From NCBI RefSeq assembly GCF_000400465.1, contig NW_008806276.1, positions 150,001 to 182,000 on the forward strand: DNA of 32,000 nt, given 5' to 3'. The stretch comes from Wallemia ichthyophaga EXF-994. Its lineage: Eukaryota; Fungi; Basidiomycota. The notes under the pieces were generated by a model that had not been told where the DNA came from, made no database searches, and worked only from the letters and a program-made list of their open reading frames with translations. Below, piece by piece: positions 19,586 to 30,251 of this stretch; the stretch's first letter is position 1, and each line of letters starts with the position of its first letter. The position numbers and the translations under genes were made by a program.

Positions 19586-19621
19586 TGGAGATTATACATA
19601 AGATTAATTGCACAGATTACG

Positions 19622-20370
19622 TCACTTTGTCAATATAGTCCTATGGAAATGCTCAAAGAGGTGCTGCTTCAATTTAGGCATGTTGGCGAATATCTTGCCG
19701 TTGTGGTGCGATTTTAGTGGGCTCTTTAACAGCTCTTGTTTGGCTCGGAGGGATTGTCGTAGTTGCTATGGCACCTGTTAGTTAGACTAGGTGCGTGTAC
19801 ACACTCACATCTTTTTTGCCTTCTTCGACAGCTTCAGTGACTTGGCCAAAGTCCACAAAGAAGCCTGTCGTGAATGAGTTGTAGTGTTTCTTGTTCTTCA
19901 ATCTATCTGACACCAAATCATTGCTAAAGACGTGCAAGTGGATGCTGTCCATCGATGGTACAGCGTGGAATCCTCTTCTGATTCCCCAGTGCGTTCCATA
20001 CTCACGCAGTTGTTCCTCTCGTATCGTTTCTTCTACGTCATTGTCGAACGCATCGAGCACTGCGTTGATCACGTCGTCAGGCTGCGAAAGAAGATGGTCA
20101 AGGGATCTGATGTTAAACGGCTGCCTGAGGAGAATGAGAAAGTGGTACTTGGCCTGCGATTGAGGTGAACAAGAGCGCGGATAGTGATTTGCTGAGTCAC
20201 CCACCTTTGGAAATCTGCTCTATTCATAAGCCACGTAAAGAAACCAAATGATTGGACACCCACTTATCATGAATAGTCACAGTCTTGTCGTCATACAAGA
20301 GTACCTCTGATTTGGGCAGAGACTCTGGGTCTTTGAGTGTATACTGCTTAAGCGCAAATGCAAATGACAT
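19622..20370 (-). CDS. HNT3: Aprataxin/Hnt3 HIT-family DNA deadenylase; exons 20370-20264, 20214-20205, 20153-19809, 19765-19622
   Basis: Splicing yields TIHDKFPKAKYHFLIL, GFHAVPSMDSIHLHVFS, LKNKKHYNSF and C-terminal ANMPKLKQHL. Confidence 0.9.
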
Positions 20371-20516
20371 AGTTGAATAGACACGAGGTAATCACCAAAT
20401 CACACCACACCACTCTCACCACACAATTCAACTTTGAATGGTGATGGAAAGTGTAAAATTTGAAAGAATCAGCACCAAGCGCCCTTCATGTTATAAAAAG
20501 CTTTAAATAGACACAA

Positions 20517-21220
20517 TTAGTAACCGAACTCAGCGAGCTTAGCGTTTTGTGGAGCATCCTTGAAAGCGTTTGCACGGAGCTTGGTAGCAGCAGCCTTACG
20601 TTCGTGGTAAGCAGCACCCTTAGCCTGTGAGTGGGAATGAGTGGGTAGTTCAAATGATCAAAATAACCAATCAAACTAACCTTACGCTTAGCCTCGAGCT
20701 TGTCGACGACTTCAGCGTGTGCCCAACCGAATTCTGAGGACAAACGCTTGAGGGTACAGTACTTACGGCCTGGCTTGAGACGCAAGACACGAAGAGCTTG
20801 AGGAACAACCATTTTCTTCTTTGATTGGTAAAGTGGTGGGACACCCTCAAACACCTTGATACGTTGCATAGCAGCAGCACCCTTTGCGAGCTTGTGAGGA
20901 ATCATACCACGAACACTCTTCAAGAAGATACGGGAAGGAGCTCTGTGGTGGAATGGACCACCCTTGGAAGGCTTAACCAAGTGACGAAGACGCATGAACT
21001 TCATGTAGTCCAACTTCCTACGGAAGAAGCCACCAGACAGGTTGAGCTCCTCACAACGGACAACGACGACCTTGTTGCCGTTGAGCATGTGCTTAGCGAC
21101 GACACTGGCGAGTCTACCTGAGAAGCCTGGTGAGTCGTTTGGCCGCGGTTATTTAGCTTTCTCACCCATGAGGTGTCCCTTAGCGTCAATAATGACTGGT
21201 GCTGCTGTGTAAGTGGACAT
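20517..21220 (-). CDS. RPL16: 60S ribosomal protein L16 (uL13); exons 21220-21166, 21117-20681, 20624-20517
   Basis: [26 protein letters not shown] and [18 protein letters not shown]; two canonical introns. Confidence 0.97.
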
Positions 21221-21659
21221 GGTTAGTGATGGATGCTCCAGGACAAGTTTGTAATTTTGCGAGCGAGTTTCTCAGATTTACGTGAAAAATAAAGATTTAT
21301 TCATATAAATATATGGCAGCGCTTTAAATACTCGGCTCACTCTCTTCTCCTTATACATGTAATTATTATTCCATTTTCATTGATCCTCGTATGCAGATTT
21401 GATTTGAGCTGGTTTGTGAATGGAATTTAGAGTTATGAAGAGATGATTAGTATTGTAGCACTCCTGAGATTACAATGAGTATACTTGTATACTTGTTATA
21501 CACTTTTTAGCCATTTTTGGTTGATGTGATCTTACGAAGAGTGAGCATCTTACACTGAATTTCTACCGCGAGTATATCTGATATACAAGCTCACCACTGA
21601 TTTACTCAATAATCCGCACATTTCCCTTCTTCTCGAACGACCATCATCTTCTTCAATAG

Positions 21660-23640
21660 ATGAGGGCGTTGCTACGGCCTTTAAGAGTGCATAGTGTGCT
21701 GCAAGTGAACAGGAGCTACCATATGACACAGAATCACATTAAATTATTAAAAAGATCATTCACGACGCAACGACCACTCTACGAGCAGCCCAAACGAAGC
21801 GATGAGAATGATCAATGGACACAGCACACACAGCATACGCAGCACACTCAAAACACCCAAAACACCCATGATAACAGGAAATACTCCCCTTTCTTTAGAT
21901 CACTGATGCACAATCTACCACACCCCCACACGCCGACAAAAGAAGAACTCCTCGGCTTGGCTAATGGCTTCTTCGAGAGACTACGCATACGCTGGAAATG
22001 GTGGACAATTAGAGGTTTCAGAAAGTTCAATGCAGACGACGTCAGCGCTTTCATTAGCTGGCTACTCGTCGGACACATATTTTGGATTTTGATTGGTACA
22101 ACGACTTTCTTCTCTGCTATCTTTGCCACTGCAAATAGTCTAAGATTGCAGAATTACATCGCAGGTGCTATTTCTGATTATCTCACTCAAGCTACTGGTG
22201 TGAGTGTACTTTATCCACCCATTACCACACCCCACTAATAATAAATTCAGGTTACTGTCGCTTTTGAGAGTGCTATTTTACCCAAATGGAAAGACAGCCG
22301 GATATCCTTTAAAAATGTTCATGTTTCTAGGCATTCTGGTGGAGAAACTCTACCGCCCGTTCAGCCAGATAGTGCGGCGGTGCGGCGAAAGATTATCTGG
22401 GATGATCACGCACACGTACACGACGAAGATCACGATCTCACATTAAAAATTGCACCACCACCTCCTCAAGAGACTTGGACTATGTTTGATATCAATCTCG
22501 ATTCTGTGGATGTTGAACTATCACTATGGCGGTGGTTGGATGGGAAGGGATTGGTGAAGGACGCCTCAATAAAAGGTATTCGTGGTGTCTTAGATCGAAG
22601 GGGTGTAAAATGGGACTATGACAATCCACTCGATCCAAAGGATTTTAGGCACCCTCATCATCCAGGAGACTTTGAACTTGAATCACTCACTATTGAAGAT
22701 TTACTGATTACAGTGTACCAACCAGAAGATTTCAGACCTTATAATATGAGTATATTTAGAGGAGAGATAGGAACATTCAGGAAACAGTGGTTATTCCACG
22801 ACTTGCTAGCTGCATATGCAATGACTGGTCAGTTTGACAATTCGCTTTTCAGTTTGCATAAACCACAATCGATAACACGCACACACAACGCCGATGTTGA
22901 TAGAGTGACGAGATTTAGAATAGATGGTGTTGCAGTGGATCATCTTCAGGCAGCGGCGGGAATGACAGGACCAACAGCCTGGATAACTCACGGAAAGATG
23001 GACGCTGTAGTTGATATCACCTTCCCATTCCAGCAGGATGAAGATCTATTCGATGCGATAATGGAGAGTATAAATAATCTAAATTCGGCCGTGCAAGATG
23101 GAGATAGTAGAATACCTGGACAAGCACAACTTACTAGACCAGCACTCAAGTCACCCGACCAGACTGAACAGCAGGATGAACCGGCGTTGAGTAAGGAGAG
23201 GGTAGCTGTTGATATAGATTTGAGGTTCAGGGATGTCAAAGCTAGTGTGCCATACTACACAAGTGATTTAACATATACAAACAATGCACTAGTGCGGCCA
23301 ATAGTTGCATTCATAAACTCAAACCGCACACTCATACCAATATTGTCACATGTCGAGTTGCTAATTGATGAGTTTGATGGGAGTTGGACTATGTGGGAGA
23401 GTGAGTTGGAGTATAAACGTTGGAGATTTCTGAATAGAATTGCTAACATAATCAATCATAGCTGGACTGATGAGCGCAGTAAGTGATCGTATATACGACG
23501 CACTCGCGCATCACGTCACATCGACAGAAGCGAATAACCAGCGAGTCAAGTATGTAACGTTGTGGAGTCTACAATTATCGGCGAAAGGAGCAATACAAAC
23601 GCTGAAGAATATCTTAGGACAATCGAAAGCATTGTTGTAG
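21660..23640 (+). CDS. MDM31: Mitochondrial inner membrane protein Mdm31/Mdm32; exons 21660-22199, 22251-23400, 23462-23640
   Basis: Presequence-like N-terminus, RGFRKFNADDVSAF, ILIGTTTF, FESAILPKWKDSRISFKNV and LVRPIVAFINS. The last exon, GLMSAVS..LWSLQL, is recovered by splicing intron 23401-23461. Confidence 0.92.
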
Positions 23641-23760
23641 CACTATTCATGTAATCATAGTCTTACGATGAGTTATGGAGCGAGGAGGGGAAAAAGAGGT
23701 TGAAATGAATGTAATATAGAACACTAATAACAGCCATACAAATCCCTCTTTGCGTCGCTC

Positions 23761-23776
23761 AAAAAATATTTTTTTT
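23761..23776. promoter_or_regulatory. Poly(dA:dT) tract upstream of RPS3
   Basis: AAAAAATATTTTTTTT about 60 bp before the ATG. A nucleosome-excluding role is inferred. Confidence 0.35.
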
Positions 23777-23838
23777 CGACAGAAAATATTCTCATTCAAA
23801 CGAAGGGAGGACAGCTTCCAGCTTAACAGCCAGCGACC

Positions 23839-24641
23839 ATGTCTGCAGTGAACCGCCAAGTCAGCAAGTGAGTGAGCTATTCAAACATCAGGGAATCTAA
23901 TTAACGATAAACTCAAAAAGATCCCGTAAGATCGTCCAAGACGGTGTTTTCCAAGCTGAATTGAGTGAATTCTTCACCCGTGAACTCAGTGAGGAAGGAT
24001 TCTCCGGATGTGAAGTACGTGTTACCCACGCTCGTACTGAGATTATCATCCGTGCCACCCACACACAAGAAGTTCTCGGTGAAAAGGGTCGCAGAATCCG
24101 TGAATTGACTGCACTCGTCCAAAAGAGATTCAAATTCCCTGAGAACTCTTTGGAATTATACGCTGAGAAGGTGCAAAACAGAGGTCTCTCAGCTGTCGCT
24201 CAATGTGAATCTTTGAGATACAAGCTCCTTGGTGGTCTCGCTGTTCGTCGTGCCTGTTACGGTGTTGTTAGATTCATCATGGAATCTGGTGCTAAGGGTT
24301 GCGAAGTCGTCGTCTCCGGTAAGCTTAGAGCTGCTAGAGCCAAAGCTATGAAGTTCACGGATGGTTTCATGATCCACTCTGGTCAACCTGTTAGAGACTT
24401 TGTCGATTACGCTGTTAGACACGTTCTCCTCAAGCAAGGTGTTTTGGGTCTCAAGGTTAAGATCATGAGACCACACGACCCAGAAGGCAGAGCTGGTTTC
24501 CCTAAGCCATTGCCTGACTCTGTCGTCATCGTCGAGCCAAAGGAGGAGCAACCAGTACAAGTTGTTTCTGAGAACAAGGCTAAGCCAAACGTTGAGTCAG
24601 CTTCTGCACCTGCTCAACAACAACAAGCTCAACAAGCTTAA
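23839..24641 (+). CDS. RPS3: 40S ribosomal protein S3 (uS3); exons 23839-23867, 23921-24641
   Basis: [51 protein letters not shown] and [16 protein letters not shown]. Confidence 0.98.
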
Positions 24642-24771
24642 CCTTTGTTCAAAAATACTTGTATTTCATTCACATAAGCTTATTTCATGACGGCGTGAGT
24701 GAAATTGAATTATCTGGTATGCTTTGTGTTTTCAATGTGTTTTCAATGTCTTCTCCTTTGGCTATACCACC

Positions 24772-26316
24772 ATGTCACTCACTGCTTTTGTTAACTTCCC
24801 CTCGGAATACACGCAAGCTGCTGTGATTAGAGGATTCAAGAAATATCTACCGGATGTTCTTCTTATTACAGATAAGCCTACGGAGAAGTTACAGATACAG
24901 TATGCAGATTGTATGTGTGGTAGTCGTCGATCTTCGCCGTAGCACACACTCACATCAAACAATCCAGACGACTTGATTGAATTCGATTGGCTGATGCAAG
25001 ATACAAGTAACTGTATTGGTTCTAGTTATTGTTTCCGCAAAGTCCGTTACCTGCTCAACTATGCATACACCCACTCATCCCCGCAAATCAGGCTCTTACG
25101 CGTAAAAACTTTCTTCATCAAACTATCGAGGCTTACTTGGCTAAGATGGAGCATAGACTGTCTGTAAATGCCGTCGATCGTTCCGAAGAAGCCAATGTGG
25201 ATTTATTGCGCAATGCGATGCCAAAATGCTGGACAATAGATGTCGCTCATTCGGAGGATCTTGATGAGGTGCTAATGGATGAGCTCTACGATCTTCGTGA
25301 AAAGTTGTCCCAAGAGGGCGATCATTGGTTCATTCTCAAGCCTGCAATGTAAGCAATCATTAATTCGCCTATTGTGATATTCAATTCTCACACAACTCTC
25401 AAGGGCTGATCGTGCCAATGGTATCAGGCTCTTCAACAGTGAAGACAGTCTTCGTGAAATTTTTGCAGAATTCGATAGTGATTCAGAAGATGAAGGGGAA
25501 GATGAAGATGACGATAACCACTCAGATGAATACTCTACTGCTGTGTCTACATCGCAGCTCAGACATTTCGTTATACAGGTGATTTTAATCAATCACTCTC
25601 TTCTGCTCACGCTGACTATCGACAAGGAATACTTATCGAACCCACTTCTAATAGATCCAACGGGAAACCAGCAGTCATTCCACAAGTTCCACTTGAGAGC
25701 TTATGTTTTGTGTGTCGTAGGTGATAATTTTGAACAAGTTGTGTCAGGTCGTTTTAACTTGAAAGTACTACAGGGAAGCATAAAAGTGTACATGCCAAAG
25801 TCTATCCTAGCATTATTTGCATCTCAGTCTTACAAAAATCCAGATGAAGATCAAAGCCTATTATCTCACCTCACAAACTCATGCTTACAGGGCTCGAATA
25901 TGGATAGGGATAAATTTGTGAAATCACTGCAAGAGCTAGAGGGGTGTTATACTAATAGTGGTACGCAAATTACGTCTGATCAGATAAACAGGTGGTTGGA
26001 TAGTGCATCCAAGGTAATCGGTCAGGCTGTCAAAGGTGCTGTTGAGTCTGCGTCAGTACACTTCCAGCCTCTGCCTAATGCATTTGAGATATACGGAGTT
26101 GATTTGTTGGTCACAGATAAGGATGAGGTCAAGCTGCTGGAATTCAACGGATGTCCTGATTTCGGACAGACTGGTGATAGGTTGGCATGGATAGTGGATT
26201 ATGTTGTTGATGCGTCGTTCGAGAGTGCTCTACTGGAACTTCTCGGTCGACAATCGGCGCATGATCATCAGGAAACTGTCAAATGTCTAGATTTTGAGTT
26301 TAAGAGAGGCTGGTGA
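24772..26316 (+). CDS. Tubulin-tyrosine-ligase-family ATP-grasp protein (Pby1 C-terminal-like, no SurE domain); exons 24772-24910, 24968-25041, 25092-25348, 25404-25578, 25627-25716, 25774-26316
   Basis: WFILKPAMADRANGIRLF, HFVIQEYLSNPLL, KFHLRAYVLCVG, NAFEIYGVDLLV and LLEFNGCPDF motifs are restored by five introns. Confidence 0.85.
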
Positions 26317-26582
26317 AAGTTGTAAAGACCAAATACATATCATAAACTATCAAATTGATTCAATTATCGGCGAAGATAGCTCAGACATTACAGAAGACAG
26401 CGAGGAGAAGGAGGACGGTGTAAAAGGAATAGAATATCCCGTATACTTCAAGACTTATTAAATTAATTCAAAAAGCGTCTGTAAAAATTAAAATTTGTAA
26501 AGTAAATTTTGGCCGCTGTTCCCATGGGCTCACTAGTTGTTGCTCACTTAAGTCTAAAGCTTAACACGTAAAAATATTGAAA

Positions 26583-27622
26583 ATGTTGGTAATTTTATTA
26601 AATAATTGGAACTCCCGGTGCTTATTTATCTAATTTAAAGGTCTGGAGGTGTTCGCTCTGTCAACCCATTCGCTCTTCTTTGTACGGATTTTCGTAGTCG
26701 AGGAATACCCATCTAACAAATACATACAGCAGAAGACGGTGACGCTCCACGTGCTTCAGCTCCTGCTCCAGCACCTGCAGCTGCCCCAGCACCAGCACCT
26801 GCTCAACAGCAAAAGCCACGTACTCAACAGAAGCCACGCACTCAAAAGGGTGGTAAGGACTCTGGCAGAGAAGACAATGAGCCATCAGAGCGTGGTATGT
26901 TTGGCATATTACTATAAAGCATAACACTCACAAAGCTTTCAGCCCCTCGTGGTGAGCGTGGTGCTAAGCGTACCCGTCCAGCCAAGACCCCAGGTAACGC
27001 AGGTGGTCAACGTAAAGGCCGCCAATTCGACCGTCAATCACAAACTGGTCGTACTGACTCCCAGAAGCAAAAGTCTTCTTGGGGTGGTGAAGACGGTCAA
27101 AAGGAGCTCGCAACTGAAGAAGCTGGCAAAAAGGATGCCACTACTGAAGGTGCTGAGACTGTTCCAGGCACTCCTGCTGAACCAAAGGAGCCAGAAGACT
27201 CAACCAAGACTTTAGACGAGTACCTCGCTGAGCGTGCTTCAAAGAAGCTTGACATTGGTGCTCCTCAAGTTCGTAAAGCCAACGAAGGCTCAGACACTGT
27301 CACCGGCGTTCAACTTCTCCGTAACTCAAACGAGGAAGAAAACTACTTTGTTGCTCCAAAGACTCAACCAAAGGAGCCAAAGGCAAAGTCACAAAAGTCT
27401 GGCAAGGTTCACATCGAGATTGATGGTCAATTCGCTAAGGCTGAGTCCGAGCGTAGACCAAGAAACACAAACGGTAGAGGTCCTCCTCGCGGTAAAGGCC
27501 GTGGTCCTGCACCTGCTGCTGCTGGCAAGCCTCGTGGTGGTCCAAAGGGTGGTAACCGTCAAAACGCTGCTGGTGCTAACGTCAACCTTAACGACGAGAA
27601 GGCTTTCCCAACTCTTGCTTAA
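26583..27622 (+). CDS. STM1: Stm1/SERBP1-type ribosome hibernation / RNA-binding protein; exons 26583-26584, 26641-26681, 26730-26894, 26943-27622
   Basis: Spliced product: MSGGVRSVNPFALL...RQFDRQSQTGRTDSQKQKSSWG...TKTLDEYLAE...RGGPKGG...NLNDEKAFPTLA. Codon usage looks like that of a highly expressed gene. Confidence 0.88.
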
Positions 27623-27836
27623 GTTGATTTTAAAGTTTTCAAACTGGTCTTAAAGAGGTGTTTTCTCATATTTTGAGATGGTTTCTGTTCTTTATTAGCC
27701 CTAAATTCATTTCCATTCCTTACTCTGATTATTTTTGTGTCGTTTAATCAAGTTGTTTGCGTCGTGAATTATATAAGCTGTCATGTCCTCAAGGCTCCTA
27801 TAATATGATTCGATTCTATATGCTTATTTTACATGT

Positions 27837-28268
27837 CTATTCCTCCACCATTTCATATAGTACATGAATACGTTCACTGCATCCACTACAACCCAATAAC
27901 TCTGATCCACGCTCCAGATCATCTGCCGTAACAATATACTCATTTCCACATCTACACGGCAAGCTGAATGTCTCCTCATCCTCACTAACATCAAACTGAT
28001 CAAGCGATACCTGCGGATAAATCCTATTTACCACTGAATTCTCATCTTTATTTAATTTCTCATCATATTCTATCTTTTGCTGCTCATCTGATAGGCATTC
28101 GTATGCTTTATAAAGCTGTATGACTTGCTCATTCGATCCGCTGCGATCAGGATGTAACGACTTGACTTTGTGCAAATAACTCGATCGTATATCTGCCTGA
28201 GTCGCTTGCTTGCTTACTTCTAAAACCTCATAATAGGTTTGCACCATCGGTGATGCTGAGGAAGACAT
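27837..28268 (-). CDS. DPH4: Diphthamide biosynthesis protein Dph4/Jjj3 (J domain plus CSL zinc finger); start could be ATG 28247
   Basis: YYEVLEV...LHPDR J domain and PCRCG...GCSGCS zinc finger. Confidence 0.92.
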   Translation of the reverse strand: MSSSASPMVQTYYEVLEVSKQATQADIRSSYLHKVKSLHPDRSGSNEQVIQLYKAYECLSDEQQKIEYDEKLNKDENSVVNRIYPQVSLDQFDVSEDEETFSLPCRCGNEYIVTADDLERGSELLGCSGCSERIHVLYEMVEE

Positions 28269-28292
28269 CAGCGGTCTTCTGCGGAAACAACG

Positions 28293-29704
28293 ATGGCTGC
28301 ATTTCAGCTACACAACAAGCAAAACAATTCAAACATCACTATCACTCCCGATGATAAAGGCCTATCAATATCCTCTCCTGAGGCATCCACTTTCCACGTT
28401 GATTACTGGAAAGTTGTCAATTGCTATATAGACGATGAGAAGGTCATATATCTTTCTGTTTTGTTGTCTGAACACAATAACGAACTAGTCGACTTTTACG
28501 GCATTGCAAACGACCTTGATCAAGGAAATGAAACGCTCATTCAAGACATACGCTCGAAATCCAAACTGAAAAGTGCACGCCGTTTGAAAGCACTCGTTAA
28601 TCCAGTAGGGGGTACAGGCAAAGCTGTCGACTATTATGTTGAGACAGTCGCACCAATTCTGAAGACCTCAGGCTGTATTGTTGACATGCAAGGTAAGTTT
28701 TGGGATTGCACACTCAACCAATACTTATCCAACAAACACAAGTCCTCGAATACAAAAGACATGCCTTCGATATAGCTAAGGCATTAGAGCTAGAATACGA
28801 TGCAGTTGTTTGCGTGAGCGGAGATGGAATACTGCATGAAGTCCTAAACGGTTTCTTACATCATCAAACACCCTCAGAAGCGTTCAAGATGCCGCTTTGT
28901 CCTGTCCCTGGTGGATCTGGAAACGGCATCAGCGTTTGTGTCTTGGGAGCTGAAGATGGTCTTGACTTGAGCATCGCTGCGCTCAATGCTGCAAAAGGCG
29001 ACGCAATCCCGCTCGATCTCTTCTCCATATGGCAGGATGGTAAACGCACACTCTCTTACCTCACACAAGCGGCCGGTTTGATGGCAAGCATAGACATAGG
29101 CACCGAAAATCTGAGATGGATGGGCGATACACGGTTCACTGTGGGGTATCTCCGCTCACTCTTTTGGAATGCACCATGTCCCTGCGAGATCTACATAAAG
29201 GTCAAAGAAGACAACAAGGACGAAATGATCAAACTTTTACACGAGAAAAGGCTGGAAAAGCCTTTCTCACTGCCTGAATACACCCAAATCCCTCCTGTCA
29301 CCTATAAAAATGGACCTCAACAAGACTGGATCAAGATAAGCGATGATGTGTTTTATCTCTACGCTGGTCAGGTACCTTGGGTTAGCAAGGACTTGAAGCA
29401 ATTTCCCGTTTCCATGCCAAACGACGGCTTTATAGATGTTGCCGTTCAGCTAAATGTCTCACGTATGCACAAATTGAAGGCTATGGATGGCGCCGAGCAT
29501 GGTGCTATGTTCTTCGACGATTCATTAAAGTACTACAAAGCAAAGGCATACCACTTTAACCCTCTAGATAACTCAGGCTACCTGGCTGCAGATGGTGAGC
29601 AAATACCTTTGCTGCCATTTACTGTTGAGGTTTTGCCATCGCTTGGACGTCTTATTTCTCCATTTACTTCTTGGAATAACAGCTTTCAAGAGGATAATTT
29701 GTAA
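28293..29704 (+). CDS. LCB4: Sphingoid long-chain base kinase, copy A; exons 28293-28692, 28743-29704
   Basis: LVNPVGGTG, VSGDGILHEVLNG, PGGSGN and DGEQI DAGK/SphK motifs; intron 28693-28742. Confidence 0.92.
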
Positions 29705-30251
29705 TCTATTGATAAATCTTAAGTTGGTCGTGCAGATAGTGAAATTTTCGGTGTCTTGAATACATCAGACTTAAGTCAACATGCATTTTGTGCTCACAGA
29801 GTCGTTATGTTTGCCTCAGTAAAGATTAACTTGCATCAACAATATTATAATTCTCACTTGAACAAACTACTCTCAAAGGTGGACACAACGAAAGCAATTA
29901 TTACGACGAAACACTAAAATACAGCTTGATCACAATTGCCTTTATCATAGATTATGATACCCTGCTATGGAATGATATCACCGGAAACAGGGATATTTAA
30001 GCTGTCAAAATTAGTTTCTTCTATTTATGAATTATGTACTATAATAGTAAAACTTGTGTACAATTGTGAAACAATCTTATCAGCTACCAGGAATGTCTGA
30101 AATGCCAAGCGAGCACGCCAAAGGCAAGAAAACCCTTTAAAGGTGACGGCTATTGAAAGTTAAGAAATTGAAGCTATCAAAAGCCATTAAATATTTCAAT
30201 GGCTTTAAATAGGTTAAATATCCTTTGCGAGTATCCACCAAGATGGGACTG

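Noticed and set aside
19920-19965. HIT triad lacks its first histidine (SIHLHVF)
   Set aside because: Fungal Hnt3 proteins commonly have a non-His residue there; the catalytic HxH is intact.
21572-21586. Palindrome GTATATC-T-GATATAC in the RPL16/MDM31 spacer
   Set aside because: Same chance expectation, AT-rich, and no second matching copy.
21361-21600. Possible snoRNA or spliced ncRNA in the RPL16/MDM31 spacer
   Set aside because: Only partial C/D boxes and no identifiable guide; would need an Infernal search.
30180-30206. 9-bp inverted repeat AAAGCCATT...AATGGCTTT upstream of kinase copy B
   Set aside because: Within chance once variable loop sizes and AT richness are allowed; no TIR/TSD pairing to suggest a MITE.
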